DNA of 64,000 nt from assembly GCA_051362555.1 (NCBI GenBank), contig CM120641.1, positions 15,934,001-15,998,000 on the forward strand. Reading direction: 5' to 3'. The notes under the pieces are model-generated. The model searched no databases. It was not told the DNA's origin and saw only the letters and a list, made by a program, of their open reading frames with translations. Positions 52,262 to 64,000 of this stretch are shown piece after piece. The stretch's first letter is position 1, and the number at the start of each line of letters is the position of its first letter. A program made the position numbers and the translations under genes. This stretch comes from Lingula anatina. Lineage: Eukaryota > Animalia > Brachiopoda.

Positions 52262-55200
52262 TCAGGCAAATGTTGTGTGATCTGTAAGATATGGAGAACT
52301 GTCATCATCTCCAAAGAATTCAACTTGATCAGGGTCTTCCTGTTTTAAAAGTTTTCGTTTTTCGTCCTGCTGTGAGGACGATGCATCGCTATGGTATAAT
52401 GTCTCGTACATAGGATTGGCAAAGTTGGTAGGCTGGAAATGAACAAAAAACATACGATTTATAAATCACATTCTTGCATAAGTCATTCTCAAACTATGTA
52501 AGCAAGGTATCAAAGCCGTCAACTGTACAGACAACAAAAAATAATGATGCAGAAGAAGAAGAAGGTTATTTTGTTAACTTTGTTAACTTTGATGCAATAT
52601 TACATAATGTTTAACTGTGAAATCAACACCAAATTTTAAATATGTACAAAAATATGTGTTTAGCTTACAGGTTCAGGCCTAAGAGAGTTCAAATTCAAAT
52701 ATCAATATGTGAAAAATGAATATTTAAAAAAAAATAAATAAATAAATAAAAAATTACAGTCCTACAAATCTTTTCCAAGTTTGAGAATCAAAAGTAACAT
52801 AATGTGTTATCCTTATTGCATATATGTTGAAAAAAAATTTAAAAAAAGCACAGCTTATGGAAAAATGGCCTGCTCAGCCATAACCTGTATTTCATGAATG
52901 TTCACCTGTTAGTTTGAAGACAAAAGGTTAAATTATTTTCCACTAATCATGTTATCTCTGAAAGTGCATGGTACATACATGCACTAATGCAAAAATTATT
53001 TCTAATTCTTATTTTAAATGATTTTTTGAATGACTTAAATAAAATGAAATATCTGCATTTGACTACCTTATCTCCTTCAAAATCAAAAGCATCCATTTGG
53101 ACTCCATCCTCATCCTCATCATATTCCCTCACATAGATAGGGTTAGTAACTGTGTCATCCATGCGATGGTGCTTAAACTGATTTCTGAAAATTGAAGAGG
53201 GGTTTTAAGGAAAACTGACTGTTGACTTTGGTTGTAAAGCTGAAAATGCATGTTTCAGAAGTCCAACATGTTCTGCATCAGTAGCCATTTCCATTTACCA
53301 ATGTAATATTAAGTTAAGCAAAGAAAACACTGCCCGTTGAATTACACAGTTATCTTTGAACATATTTCTCTAAGGATAACAAACAGTAGTTATCTGTTAA
53401 TATTGAAACTTACCTCCTCCTCTTTTTCAAGAACACCACCACTACTATGATTACAAGCACAATCAGAAGTATAATACACAAGGGAACCACAATATTCACT
53501 GCACTCACTGGAAAATTAGAAAAGTCACATCAGTAACAATAACCAAACAATTGATATTTGAATAGAATCATATTATAAGTTGAAACCCTGTTCTATTCTA
53601 TTGAAAAATATATGTATGAATATTATGTGAACACACATCCTTTGTTGATTTTTGCTCAGTATTATCAAATAATCACAATCTGTATCTATATTTTGCATTA
53701 AACTGGTTAAACCAAAATATCAACAGGTTTATTTGAGGTGCCACACACCAATCAAAGCAATGTACATTAAATTTGTTTTCAATCTAAAAGTCATGAGACA
53801 AAATCCACTTACTGGCACTGCTGGACTTACTGCCCACTACCATATTTTCACACCTGTCACCATCCCAGCCAGATGGGCACCTGCAAAAACGAGATTGTAA
53901 TTGTATAAAGTAATATTAACAATCAGGGTCACATCTGACAAATTAAAAAAAAAAGCCAAAATCACACCCCTGTCTACACTCATCTTTTACTCTCCAAGTG
54001 GTGCCCAGGGCATGTGATTAACCTGTAGGACATCCCTGTAAACATTTTATGTAAGTAATAATAATTCAAATAATAATAATAATGTACAGTTAAAAACAGA
54101 TGTTAACACATATCAGTCATACAAATTTGAATATAAAACAATCAAAAGTTACTATGGAGGCTTAGGTGAAATTTAAATACCTTTTAAATGAATACCAAAT
54201 TTTAATGGTACAAATGTGGACTGTGAAAACATTTTTGCTTATTGACTGTAGTAACCAAAACATGCTCTTTTCTTCATTAGTTTAACTCACTTCATTTAAT
54301 TCTGTATCTGGCAACAATTAAGGCAGTAAAAGCATGAATGTATAGACATAAGTATAGACTTACCTGCAACTGTTACATGTAGCATTAGTACAGGTGAGAC
54401 AAGTGCCCCCATTGAAACAATAGTTCTGACACTGCTTGGGCCACGGCTGATCACAGTGTTTATTCATCCAACCAGGGGAGCAACTAAATAACACAACAAA
54501 TAAACACTAGATGAAGTATTGCAAGTGAAAGGCTGTACTTATGGTTTAATGACTAATGCAAATAAATTAAATGCAGGACACATTTGGAACATCTTTTCAA
54601 AATTACCAAAGCAGGTACATATCCATAACCATCTGAGCTCTAGTTTCAAATGTGCATATACTTCTGTACACGCCAGTCATGTTTGATTGCCAGCTGCAGG
54701 GGCAGATTTAGGCCGTCTTCTGGGTCTTCCGGAAGACGGTCAGATTTTCAAGTTTACATTGACGGGTATCTAATTTTTCTGTCGGAAGACGGTCAAAAGT
54801 GGAGGATGGATCAATAAAGATAATTAGGGTGCCTGTCAGAAAATATCTCTGGATCCGCCCCTTGTCATGATATACCACAATACTTTCCTTCTGCACAATG
54901 CAAAATCAATCACATCTACCACAATATGTGACACACATAACACACTATGATTGTCACACCTAGCGCAATTTCAGCATAACCATAACATAACCATACCTGC
55001 ACTCTGGTCCATCATCTCCCATTCTACAAATGCCATCATGTTTGCAGAGGAAATATTCACAGGAATTGGCTTCCTCACAACGTTTTCCCTTATATCCTTC
55101 AGCACAATGACAAAATACAGGCTCTCCTGGAGAGGGAGCTGAGGGCAAAAGACAATGATTTTTAAAATAAATGAAATTTGCATAAAGGTTACAAGTATCT

Positions 55201-58200
55201 TACAAGATGAAAATGGGCATTAAACCCCTTATATTCTGTTGACAGCTTTCATAGTTTAGGCAAATTAAACTGAACTTAAATTAAAAATGAGACAATTGCA
55301 ATAAATTAATTAATCAATAAACAAATAATTAAATAAATGAAATTTTACAGCAAGCATAAAATAAATTTTACAACGCACTGTGACTACCATACAAATATTC
55401 AATTTCAACATAAATTACCTGGTAAACATGTTCCTCCATTTAAACAGTAGTCAGTGGTACAGTTTGCTTTAAGTTCACATTTCTTCCCAGAGAAACTAGG
55501 ATAACATCTACATGCGAGTTTCACAGTGGTGTCATCTGTGTAACACTCCCCTGAATGACAAAAAATGAAATTTTAACATAGGAATACTGGTCCTATGCGC
55601 TAAGCAAAATTTATTTACATAAGTTGTTTATTCAAAATCATCCAGTATCTTCTTTAATAACATTTATTGTCTACATATCAATTCTAAATTTCATCAACAT
55701 ATTGCCCTACATTTATCTATACAACGTTGCTCTCACCTTGTCCGTTACAATACGTATCACATCTATCATTTTCACACCGTGTTCCCGTATATCTGGCATG
55801 GGAGTTACAAGTACAATCAGCAAACGATCCTGTGTGACTTGTTTTCATTTGACAGGAGGCATTATTCTTGCAGTAGTCATGACATAGAGTATACTGACAA
55901 CGGTCGCCTTGGTAGCCATCAAAACATTTGCACTTTGTCCGACTGTTCTCTATGGTGCAGTAACCTTTCTCGTTACCCTTGGTACTTGAGGGTTCACATT
56001 GATTAGGATTACTAATACACTTTTCACATCTCATACCTGAAATAATGATATACAAATATATACATGATACAAACAAGATGGCTGAGGTATTTCTGACAAT
56101 ATTTCAGGGCAGATAAACCAACACTACACTAAGAGATCTTCTTTTCTATTTAATTCATCAGTATATTTAAATGATAAAAATACTCACTAAATCAATATAA
56201 TTTTAGAAAAGTGATAGGAAACAGCATTGATAGCATCAATTAAGACTATTGATAAAACTAGCTCATAGATCGAAATTTTATCAAGGACAACGTGACAAAG
56301 CAATATTTGAGACATAATATATTCTATAGCAATCAAGTCAGACAATTTCAGCAACACCAAACCATCTGCTGACCAAATCAATTACAAATTAACTGTGTAT
56401 ATGGGTTTTAACCATAAGGCAAACATGATAAACATGACAAGTATCTTCCAGAAAATGACCTATCTTGTATATAGAAATTGATGCTTATTCTGAGTCTAAG
56501 GAATCATTCTATGTATCTCTAAGAATCCCCACACAAGCTTCTATGAAATACACCAGCATACAAAAGCAATCAATACCTACCCGTAAACTGTGTTTTGCAT
56601 GCACAAGATGGCCTCCCTGAAGGGTCTACAAAGCATTTCCCATCATTATAGCAGTGGTTGGTACAGGGGTCCTGTTGATCTTGGCACCTTGGGCCACCAT
56701 AGCCAGTCTGGCATCTAAACAAGGTAAGTTCAGATGTATTTATCAAAAAAAAAAATTAATGGCAACTGTTACAGGAGTTTCCCCAAAGGAAAAAGAATAA
56801 GTTATAATATATGCACTTATCAGACATGTTTCACAATATAAAAGAACAACTTATTTTGTATAACTTTGTTACGTTTTCATCATTTTATGGCCACTGTCAA
56901 AGATAAGTGTGATATAAAAGGGGAAGAAAACTTAAGGCTTATCATTTTCTTTGGACATTGCAAACTACACAGAGTACTTACACACATTTAGGAAGTCCTC
57001 CATCTTGTACCACACAGTATCCCTGAGGATAACAATAGTCAGTGCACTTGTACTTCTCACAGCGCTCACCCTCATATTTCTCTGAACACCTTAATTGAAA
57101 AGCAATCAATTTATGCAAATATGAATACCATTCTCAGTGTTTTTTTTAAATCAGACATATTTCTGTCTAATATACCATAAACCTTACCATTACAAAGTTT
57201 ATTACCTCTGCAAAGGAGGTTATATTTTCACTTGTCTGTCAGTTCATCACCAGCCTCACTCTAAGTTTTGGATTTTGGTGACCTTTTCATGATAGATCAG
57301 ATATAGGCTAATTTACAAGTATTTATATTTTGGTGATGATCTATTAATTAATTAGTTAATTAATGGCTGACTATTTGTCTTGGTGGTCATCGCTGTCAGA
57401 GTGCTTCAACTACTTGAGCTCATATTTCAGTATTTATTATGATCAAATGTTAAAATTCACAGGCATTTTTTATTTTGCTAAATACAAAGAATCTGCTTCA
57501 AAAAAAAAAAAAAAAACACCCGGAAATGATGTTTAATTGTATAATATGTTTCATATAACACCTCAGACTTGTAATCTTAACTTCCTTGATATTCTACTTA
57601 CTTGCAATGAATGGTAGTTGCATTATACAATGAGCAAGTGCCACCATTGTAACAGTAAGCAGCACATTTATCGTTTTGACAACGGCTGCCTTCAAACCGT
57701 GCAGGGCACCTGCAGTGAAAAAAAAAACGGTGAAGAATTACATTTTTAAAATTCCTCACTTCATTTGTCCAAATATTACAGAGACATTGTTTTTTTCTGA
57801 ATAATTACTTAAAAATTTGTGCATGCTGGAGCAATTTAAAATTTCACTATTCAGCCAAGGCATACAAAAAATCGAAAAATAATAAGCCACATTATTGGAA
57901 TATCTTGTTATATTTTACGAATGGCAGTTGACAATTTTTTTCCTATTGTGTACAGTAACCAGGAGAAGAAAATAAACATTCAACCAGTTCATTTTGGCAA
58001 ACTTCCACCCTCTGTGCACAGTAACTATAAGAAGTAAATCAGCATTCAATCAATACAGTTAGTCTGCTGACTCACTTTTTCCATTTTTTAAACTTTGAAG
58101 TGTCAATCAAAGCTGGAGGCCTTCTTCAATGAATGTAAAGTGCAATTTAATATTGCCAAGTGAAATTGTACTTCCAACTAAGTCTTTTTAAACATTAGTA

Positions 58201-61200
58201 AATAGTACTGCACAGAATTGGGATTGTAATTATATATTGTAAATATTTGTAAAAATATAGTAAAAAAAGAATGCTTACTGGCACTTTGGCTGCTTATTGA
58301 TGGTTATCCTACAAGTGCCTCCATTTTGACAGAAGTTGTCACAACTGTCCTGGTCGGGGTTTCGCTGGCACGTCTTGGAGTCTTTTGGCTTGTAGGCGCC
58401 ATCTTGGCAGACACATGTAGTAAGGTTGTCATGGACGGGGAGACACAAGGCATTGTTTCCACACTTTACATTGGCACAGGCATTTTGGGCTAAAAACACA
58501 GGAGGATGCACATTCAAAATGTTATGCCCTTTTATGTGATCATAACTTTTTATTGGATTGCACTGCTATTTTCTGGTTTATGAATTAAACTGTGTAGTAT
58601 GATAAGGCATGTAGCGGCAGTAGTTATGAACCAATTTCAAAAAGAGTATTACCTGGTGGGACTTTTTAATTTTTATCAAAATTCAAATGGAAATCTGTTG
58701 CAAACCAAATGTGCTACAAAGCAACTACAGTACGACCATTTCCCATGGTTTACAGAAACCAGGGGCGGATTTAGGCCGTCTTCTGGGTCTTCCGGAAGAT
58801 GGTCAGATTTTCAAGTTTACATTGACGGGTATCTATTTTTTCTGTCGGAAGACGGTCAAAAATGGAGGTTGGATCAACAAAGATAACTTGGAAGACTGTC
58901 AGAAAATATCTCTGGATCCGCCCCCTGGAAACTTACTGTTTATTCTCTGTTTGTAGTTGTAGACTACAAAAACGCCTCCCATATATAATCCCTGGTCTCG
59001 AAAGTGAAGAGAAGAGGAATTATCAGTGCCAAACTTATCTACTGTTATGATGGAGCGATTCTTGTATGATGTCACGTAAAGCTCCTTCTCAAACACATCA
59101 ATCCAATAAGGTGGGTCTTCACCTAGAAAAATTAATTATTTCCTGTGTCATCATAATCTGCAGACAAAAACTGTATCATCATTATAAAACAAGAACTTAA
59201 ATTTGAACAATTTTAATTTTTTTTTGAAAGGAAGGGTGAGGGTAGGTTTCTCACAATCAGAGAAAGACATATTTTGATCTTAAATAAGTGAGCACATCTA
59301 CAGCTTTAGCTATAAATAAATAAATAAATAAATAAATAAATATGCCCTCACTTTTAGCAAACTGTTTGACTATCTGCCTGTCCCGACCATTGAGATTGAT
59401 AGTCTCTATAGTCCTAGCTTTAGGGTCTGTCCAGTACAGTCTGCGGTTGTCATAATCTATGACCAGGTCCGTGGGCCACAGGACATTCTCATGGACCAGG
59501 ACCTTCCGGTCACTTCCGTCCAGGTTAGCAGATTCAATCTTGGCATTCAGACCCCAGTCAGTCCAGAAGATCCGTCTAAAGAGAAAATACATCATAAACT
59601 AGAGAGAGCACTGTGATAGTTAAGACCTGTACCCAGGCAACATGTTAATAATAATTAGTTTTTGAAAATTACTTTAAAAGATATAAGGAAACTCATTTGT
59701 CATTATAATCACTTTTTTTCCCTTCTGAAAAACTGAAAATTTCATCAAAAGAACTTGATATATACAGCTTACAAACAAACATGCCAGTACCAGTGAAAAC
59801 ATAGGAAAATAATACAATAATTTCTAACACACACATAACAGTAACATGAATTCTTTTTGCAAGTACTTCAAATATGTTTAACATGTATTTTTGCATTAAC
59901 TCTTCACCCCTTCTATTTAGATATCTTATCATATGATGCCATGTATCAAACTGACGAACATCTTAAAGTTATAATGTAAAGATTGTTTCAAAGAACACAA
60001 AACCATTTACCTTCATATAATCTTTAAAGATGTTTTTTAATTTACTGACATTCTCATAAATTTTTTTGACATAGCACTTTCTACATGTTTGACTGGGAGA
60101 GGATTCAACTTCTGTACCAACAAATACTCTACCACAATTGTGCAGTAACTTAACCATTACTTAATTTCTAACTTCTGTGAAGCAAGTATGTGAAATATTC
60201 ACTACATACTTTGTTTTTCAACTTCAAAGTCTTACCCAGATGTCGGGTCCACAACAATGGAGTGTGGCTGATCCAGGTTGGAATCGATGATCGTTTTCCT
60301 CTTGGAAAGATTAGTGACCCTGGCCTCTGTAAGGTTAGCAATGTGGGCCACCTGTATGTGACCAGCAGCAGCATCAGTCCAGTAGAGTAAACCATGGACC
60401 CAGTCCACTGCTAGCCCTCTTGGTTGAGATATAACTGGTAGCTGGAACAAAAAAAGCAACAGCAGTGTCTCAACTGGTGTCCAACTGACACATCTGCCTG
60501 CTATCAAGAAAACACACTACTTTCAGTTTTAATATGCTAGCAGATAAACAGCTGCAAACTGAAAGGGTGAAGTTATAGCCTCAGTCACATCAAATTCATT
60601 CCAAACAAAAAGGAAAAACAAAAACAGAAATCTGTCGCATTTAAGTTTTCTAATGGCCTACCTTCACTTTCAATTCCCCCACATTGGAAACTGTGGCTCT
60701 CCTTCCCCTGGGGTTTGATGATTCAGAATTTGTTCGAGGAATGGGAGCACTCCTGATGAAGTGTGTGGGAGCACCATTCACTATTTCACTGGTCACAAAA
60801 TAAACTCTGTTTGATTTTACATCCACGTCCATGGCCTCTATGCGACTGGCATTGCTGGTCTGGTGGTAGAAACAAAACTCAATCTTAACAACAGAATATC
60901 TAATTAGTAAATTTATGTTCTTATATAAACCCCCCCCCCTTTCTTAATCTTATTTTGAAATTTGCAAAATGTTAACTCTCTGTGAGTTAGTTTTACAAGT
61001 GCTGGGATAAATAAAAATAAACCATAACTAGGAAAAGGTCTTAATAGTTAATTCATCCAGTTCACCTGGCTTAGCATTCATCTATATGCCAGAAATAAAT
61101 CTAACACAGAGGCACTATGTTTTCACATTACCTGATGAAATCTCTCAGATACAAGAGTGCCCCCGTAAACCAGTGTGCTGTTCATGGCAAGCAAAGCATT

Positions 61201-61996
61201 CTCTAGGGCCAACAAAATATAGTGGTTATCTGAAAACATATAAATATTTTCTTGGAAAAAAGGGTGACTACGTTTGGAAAGAAAACAAAATACAGTTTAA
61301 ATCAAAGAAACCAAATAAATAAATAAATGAGTTATATAAAAACAGAAACATATTCCTTGGTCTGTTACAGTTGAGGGTCATGGCTCTAACATTTTGTTCA
61401 CAGGTTAACAAGATGCCAAAATTTAATGACGGGGGTGGGGTGGGGGGGTGGAGGCTGTCTTCTGGGTCTTCCAAAAGACAGTCTGAATTTTAAAGTTTAC
61501 ATTTAGGGGCACCTATTTTTATTCTTGAAAGACAGTCAAAATATAGGATGGATCAACAGAGATAATTTGGAAGACTGTCGAAAAATACCTCTGGATCTGC
61601 CCCTGAATGAGCACCATGGATGACCACTAACCAGTAATATTCCCAAAGGACTTGACTAATAATAAAACATGTCAACAAATAATCATAATGTCATTTGAAA
61701 CATTACATCAGTTGCAAAAAAATGAAATCAACACTTTGGGATGGGAACAAATCATGTTGGTTGACATTCTGGTTGTATTCAGCTCCTGAGAAAATAGCTT
61801 CATTCCCCTGCATAGCAACAGCCAACCCTTTGGGTTATACTATATCTTAGTGCTTTTTAAAATAACTTACCAACAGCCTTGCAGTGGCCCAGTTCAGGGT
61901 CAAATCTATATCCTGGCCCACATTCACATTTGTGATTCCCTATAAGGTTGGTGCACAGCTGGTCACAGAATCCCCACAATTCACACTCATTTTTAT
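52262..61996 (-). CDS. LRP1: Low-density lipoprotein receptor-related protein 1, last ~18 coding exons (Ca-EGF, final YWTD propeller, EGF stalk, TM, NPxY tail); gene continues beyond the right edge
   Basis: DKNECELWGFCDQLC; YWTD/FWTD repeats (LLYWTD, IFWTDWG, LYWTDPK); furin-type RGRR inside the propeller (~60700); tandem EGF repeats; TM exon ~53414-53508 (IVVPLCIILLIVLVIIVVVVFLKKRR); tail VTNPIY and PTNFANPMYETLY, resembling LRP1 PTNFTNPVYATLY. Confidence 0.9.
54697..54863. mobile_element. ~165-bp MITE (caggggcggat...atccgcccct family), LRP1 intron
   Basis: Near-identical to 58760-58927; TIRs visible, TSD not clear. Confidence 0.75.
58760..58927. mobile_element. ~165-bp MITE with 5-bp TSD GAAAC, 9 bp from an LRP1 splice donor
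   Basis: gaaac|caggggcggattt ... ggatccgccccctg|gaaac. Confidence 0.78.
61430..61605. mobile_element. Diverged third copy of the ~165-bp MITE
   Basis: aggctgtcttctgggtcttcc...ctctggatctgcccctg aligns by eye with the 54697 and 58760 copies. Confidence 0.7.
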
Positions 61997-62161
61997 CTAT
62001 AAGCGAAAAACAACATTTGAAATAAATAAATGTAACTGCTCTGACAGTAAAACTGGTCACAAACAAAGCATAACAGTTAATTTGGGTAATGGAGAGGCAA
62101 TGGGATTTCTAAATTATCCTGTTGGTATTCCCATCATTATTCGTATTGTTGACATTGTGAT

Positions 62162-64000
62162 AACTAGAGGATCAGAGAGGCGATACCGCCTCCGGATATT
62201 GTACCACCAGCTGGAGTATGGACCCCCCCCCCCCCAAAAAAAAAAAAGGGACACCATCACCAGTCTTGTGCTTGACAAGTTCTATAAAATGCAATCAACA
62301 AGAGTTCTCAAAATATGCTAAAAAAATATAAATAAAAATGGTACAATCAAGCAGATTTTTGAACTGACCTGCATTTTCCTACCATTGATCACTCCTGTGA
62401 TTCTCTAGACAAAAGGCCTATTCCTTAAAGCGTGTTGTCAGTGGTGCATATATGCTGACAAAAGAGAAAACCTAGAGGCAACACCGGGCACATCTCTGCT
62501 AGTTTTGAAGATATGAGGAGCAAGAAAATATGCAAAGCTCAGTTCATGGTGAAAAAGTAGGTCAAAGTCAATTTCAACATCATAGTATATGAATTTCTAT
62601 TCAAGTTCAATAGTAACCATGGGCATTTCTTTTCAAGTTTTGCAGATTTAAAGGCCAAAAAACATGCAAAAAGCAGTTCATCATAAAAATTAGGTCAAAA
62701 GTCAATTTCAAGGTCACAGTTAGATTGCCAGTGCATACTTCCTATTCAAGTTCAACAGTAACTATGGAACTTTCTCTGCCAGTTTTGGAGATAAAAGGGA
62801 ATGGAAATTTGCAAAGTTCAGTTCATGGTAAAAAGTAGGTCAAAGGTTAATTTTAAGGTCACAGTAAATTGCCAGTATATGACTTCCTATTCAAGTTCAA
62901 TAGTAACTATGGGCATATCTTTGCCAGTTTTGAAAGTATAAGCATTAAAAAAGTTGCAAAGTTCAGTTTATGGTGTAAAGTAGGTCAAAGGTCAATTTCA
63001 AGGTCACAGATAAATTGCCAGTATGTGACTTCCTATTCAACTTCAGTAGTAACTATAGACCTATCTCTGCCAGTTTTGGAAATAAAAGGGAACAAATTTT
63101 ACAAAGTTCAATTCATGATGAAAAGTAGGTCAAAGGTCAATTTAAAGGTCACTCCTAGATTGCCAGTATATGACTTCCTATTCAAGTTTAATAGTAACTA
63201 TGGACCTATCTCTGCCAGTTTTGGAGATAAAAGGGAGCAAAATTTTGCAAAGTTCAGTTCATGGTAAAAAGTAGGTTAAAGGTCAATTTTAAGGTCACAG
63301 TAAATTGCCAGTATGTGACTTCCTATTCAACTTCAATAGTAACTATGGACATATCTCTGCCAGTTTTAGAGAGAAAAGGGAACCAAAATTTGCAAAGTTC
63401 AGTTCATTGTGTAAAGTAGGTCAGAGGTCAATTTCAAGGTCACGGTTAGATTGCCAGTATATGACTTCCTATTGAAGTTCAATAGTAACTAATGGCGTAT
63501 CTCTGCCAGTTTAAGAGATATAAGGGCTAGAAAATTTGCAAAGTTCAGTTCATGGTGTAAAGTAGGTCAGAGGTCAATTTCAGGATCACAGTTAGCTTGC
63601 CAGTATATCACTTCCTATTCAAGTTCAACAGTAACTATGGGCATATCTTTGCCAGTTTTGGAGATATAAAAATCAGAAAACTTGCAAAGTGCAGTTCATC
63701 ATGAAAAGTAGGTCAAAGGTCAATTTCAAGGTCACAGTTAGATAACAAGTATATGACTTCCTATTCAAGTTCAATAGTAACTATGGGCGTATCTCTGCTA
63801 ATTTTGTAGTATTTAACATTTTATTTTCACCACTAAATATTGGATGTTGAACTGTCAATATAGTACAATGCCTAAGCCGTATCGAAAAGAAAAAACAGAC
63901 ACCACCTGCAGCGTTGTGCTTGACAAGCTCTACAAAATGCAAAAAACAAGAGGTCTCTGGCATTAACAGTTCCAGAATTTGAGAAAGTTTTCAGTTTTGG
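62162..64000 (-). mobile_element. Helentron/HINE-like element, copy 5, in an LRP1 intron, ~9 monomers, truncated by the window edge
   Basis: aactagaggatcagagaggcgataccgcctccggatattgtaccaccagc terminus, 146-bp monomers ~62480-63800, then the unique block shared with copy 2. Confidence 0.85.

Overview
AT-rich, intron-containing animal genomic DNA, most likely a marine invertebrate such as a mollusc (inferred from gene content and repeat style; the species cannot be determined from sequence alone). Five spliced protein-coding genes can be reconstructed by hand: SNAPC5 (minus, runs off the left edge), ZCCHC7 (minus, 8 coding exons), a stand-alone MOCS2A (plus), an unnamed coiled-coil/His-rich/CAP-Gly protein with a ~22 kb intron (plus) and the 3' part of LRP1 (minus, runs off the right edge). 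The dominant non-coding feature is a family of non-autonomous Helentron/HINE-like elements (5 copies, about one fifth of the window). Each carries a 146-bp tandem repeat whose monomer is packed with nuclear-receptor half-sites (AGGTCA). One copy has inserted in opposite orientation into another, giving a 7.3-kb inverted structure inside an intron. At least three families of short TIR elements (8-bp, 5-bp and probable 3-bp TSDs) are also present. Most ORFs in the supplied track are spurious. All exon structures and gene identities come from manual reading and recalled homology, not from database searches.
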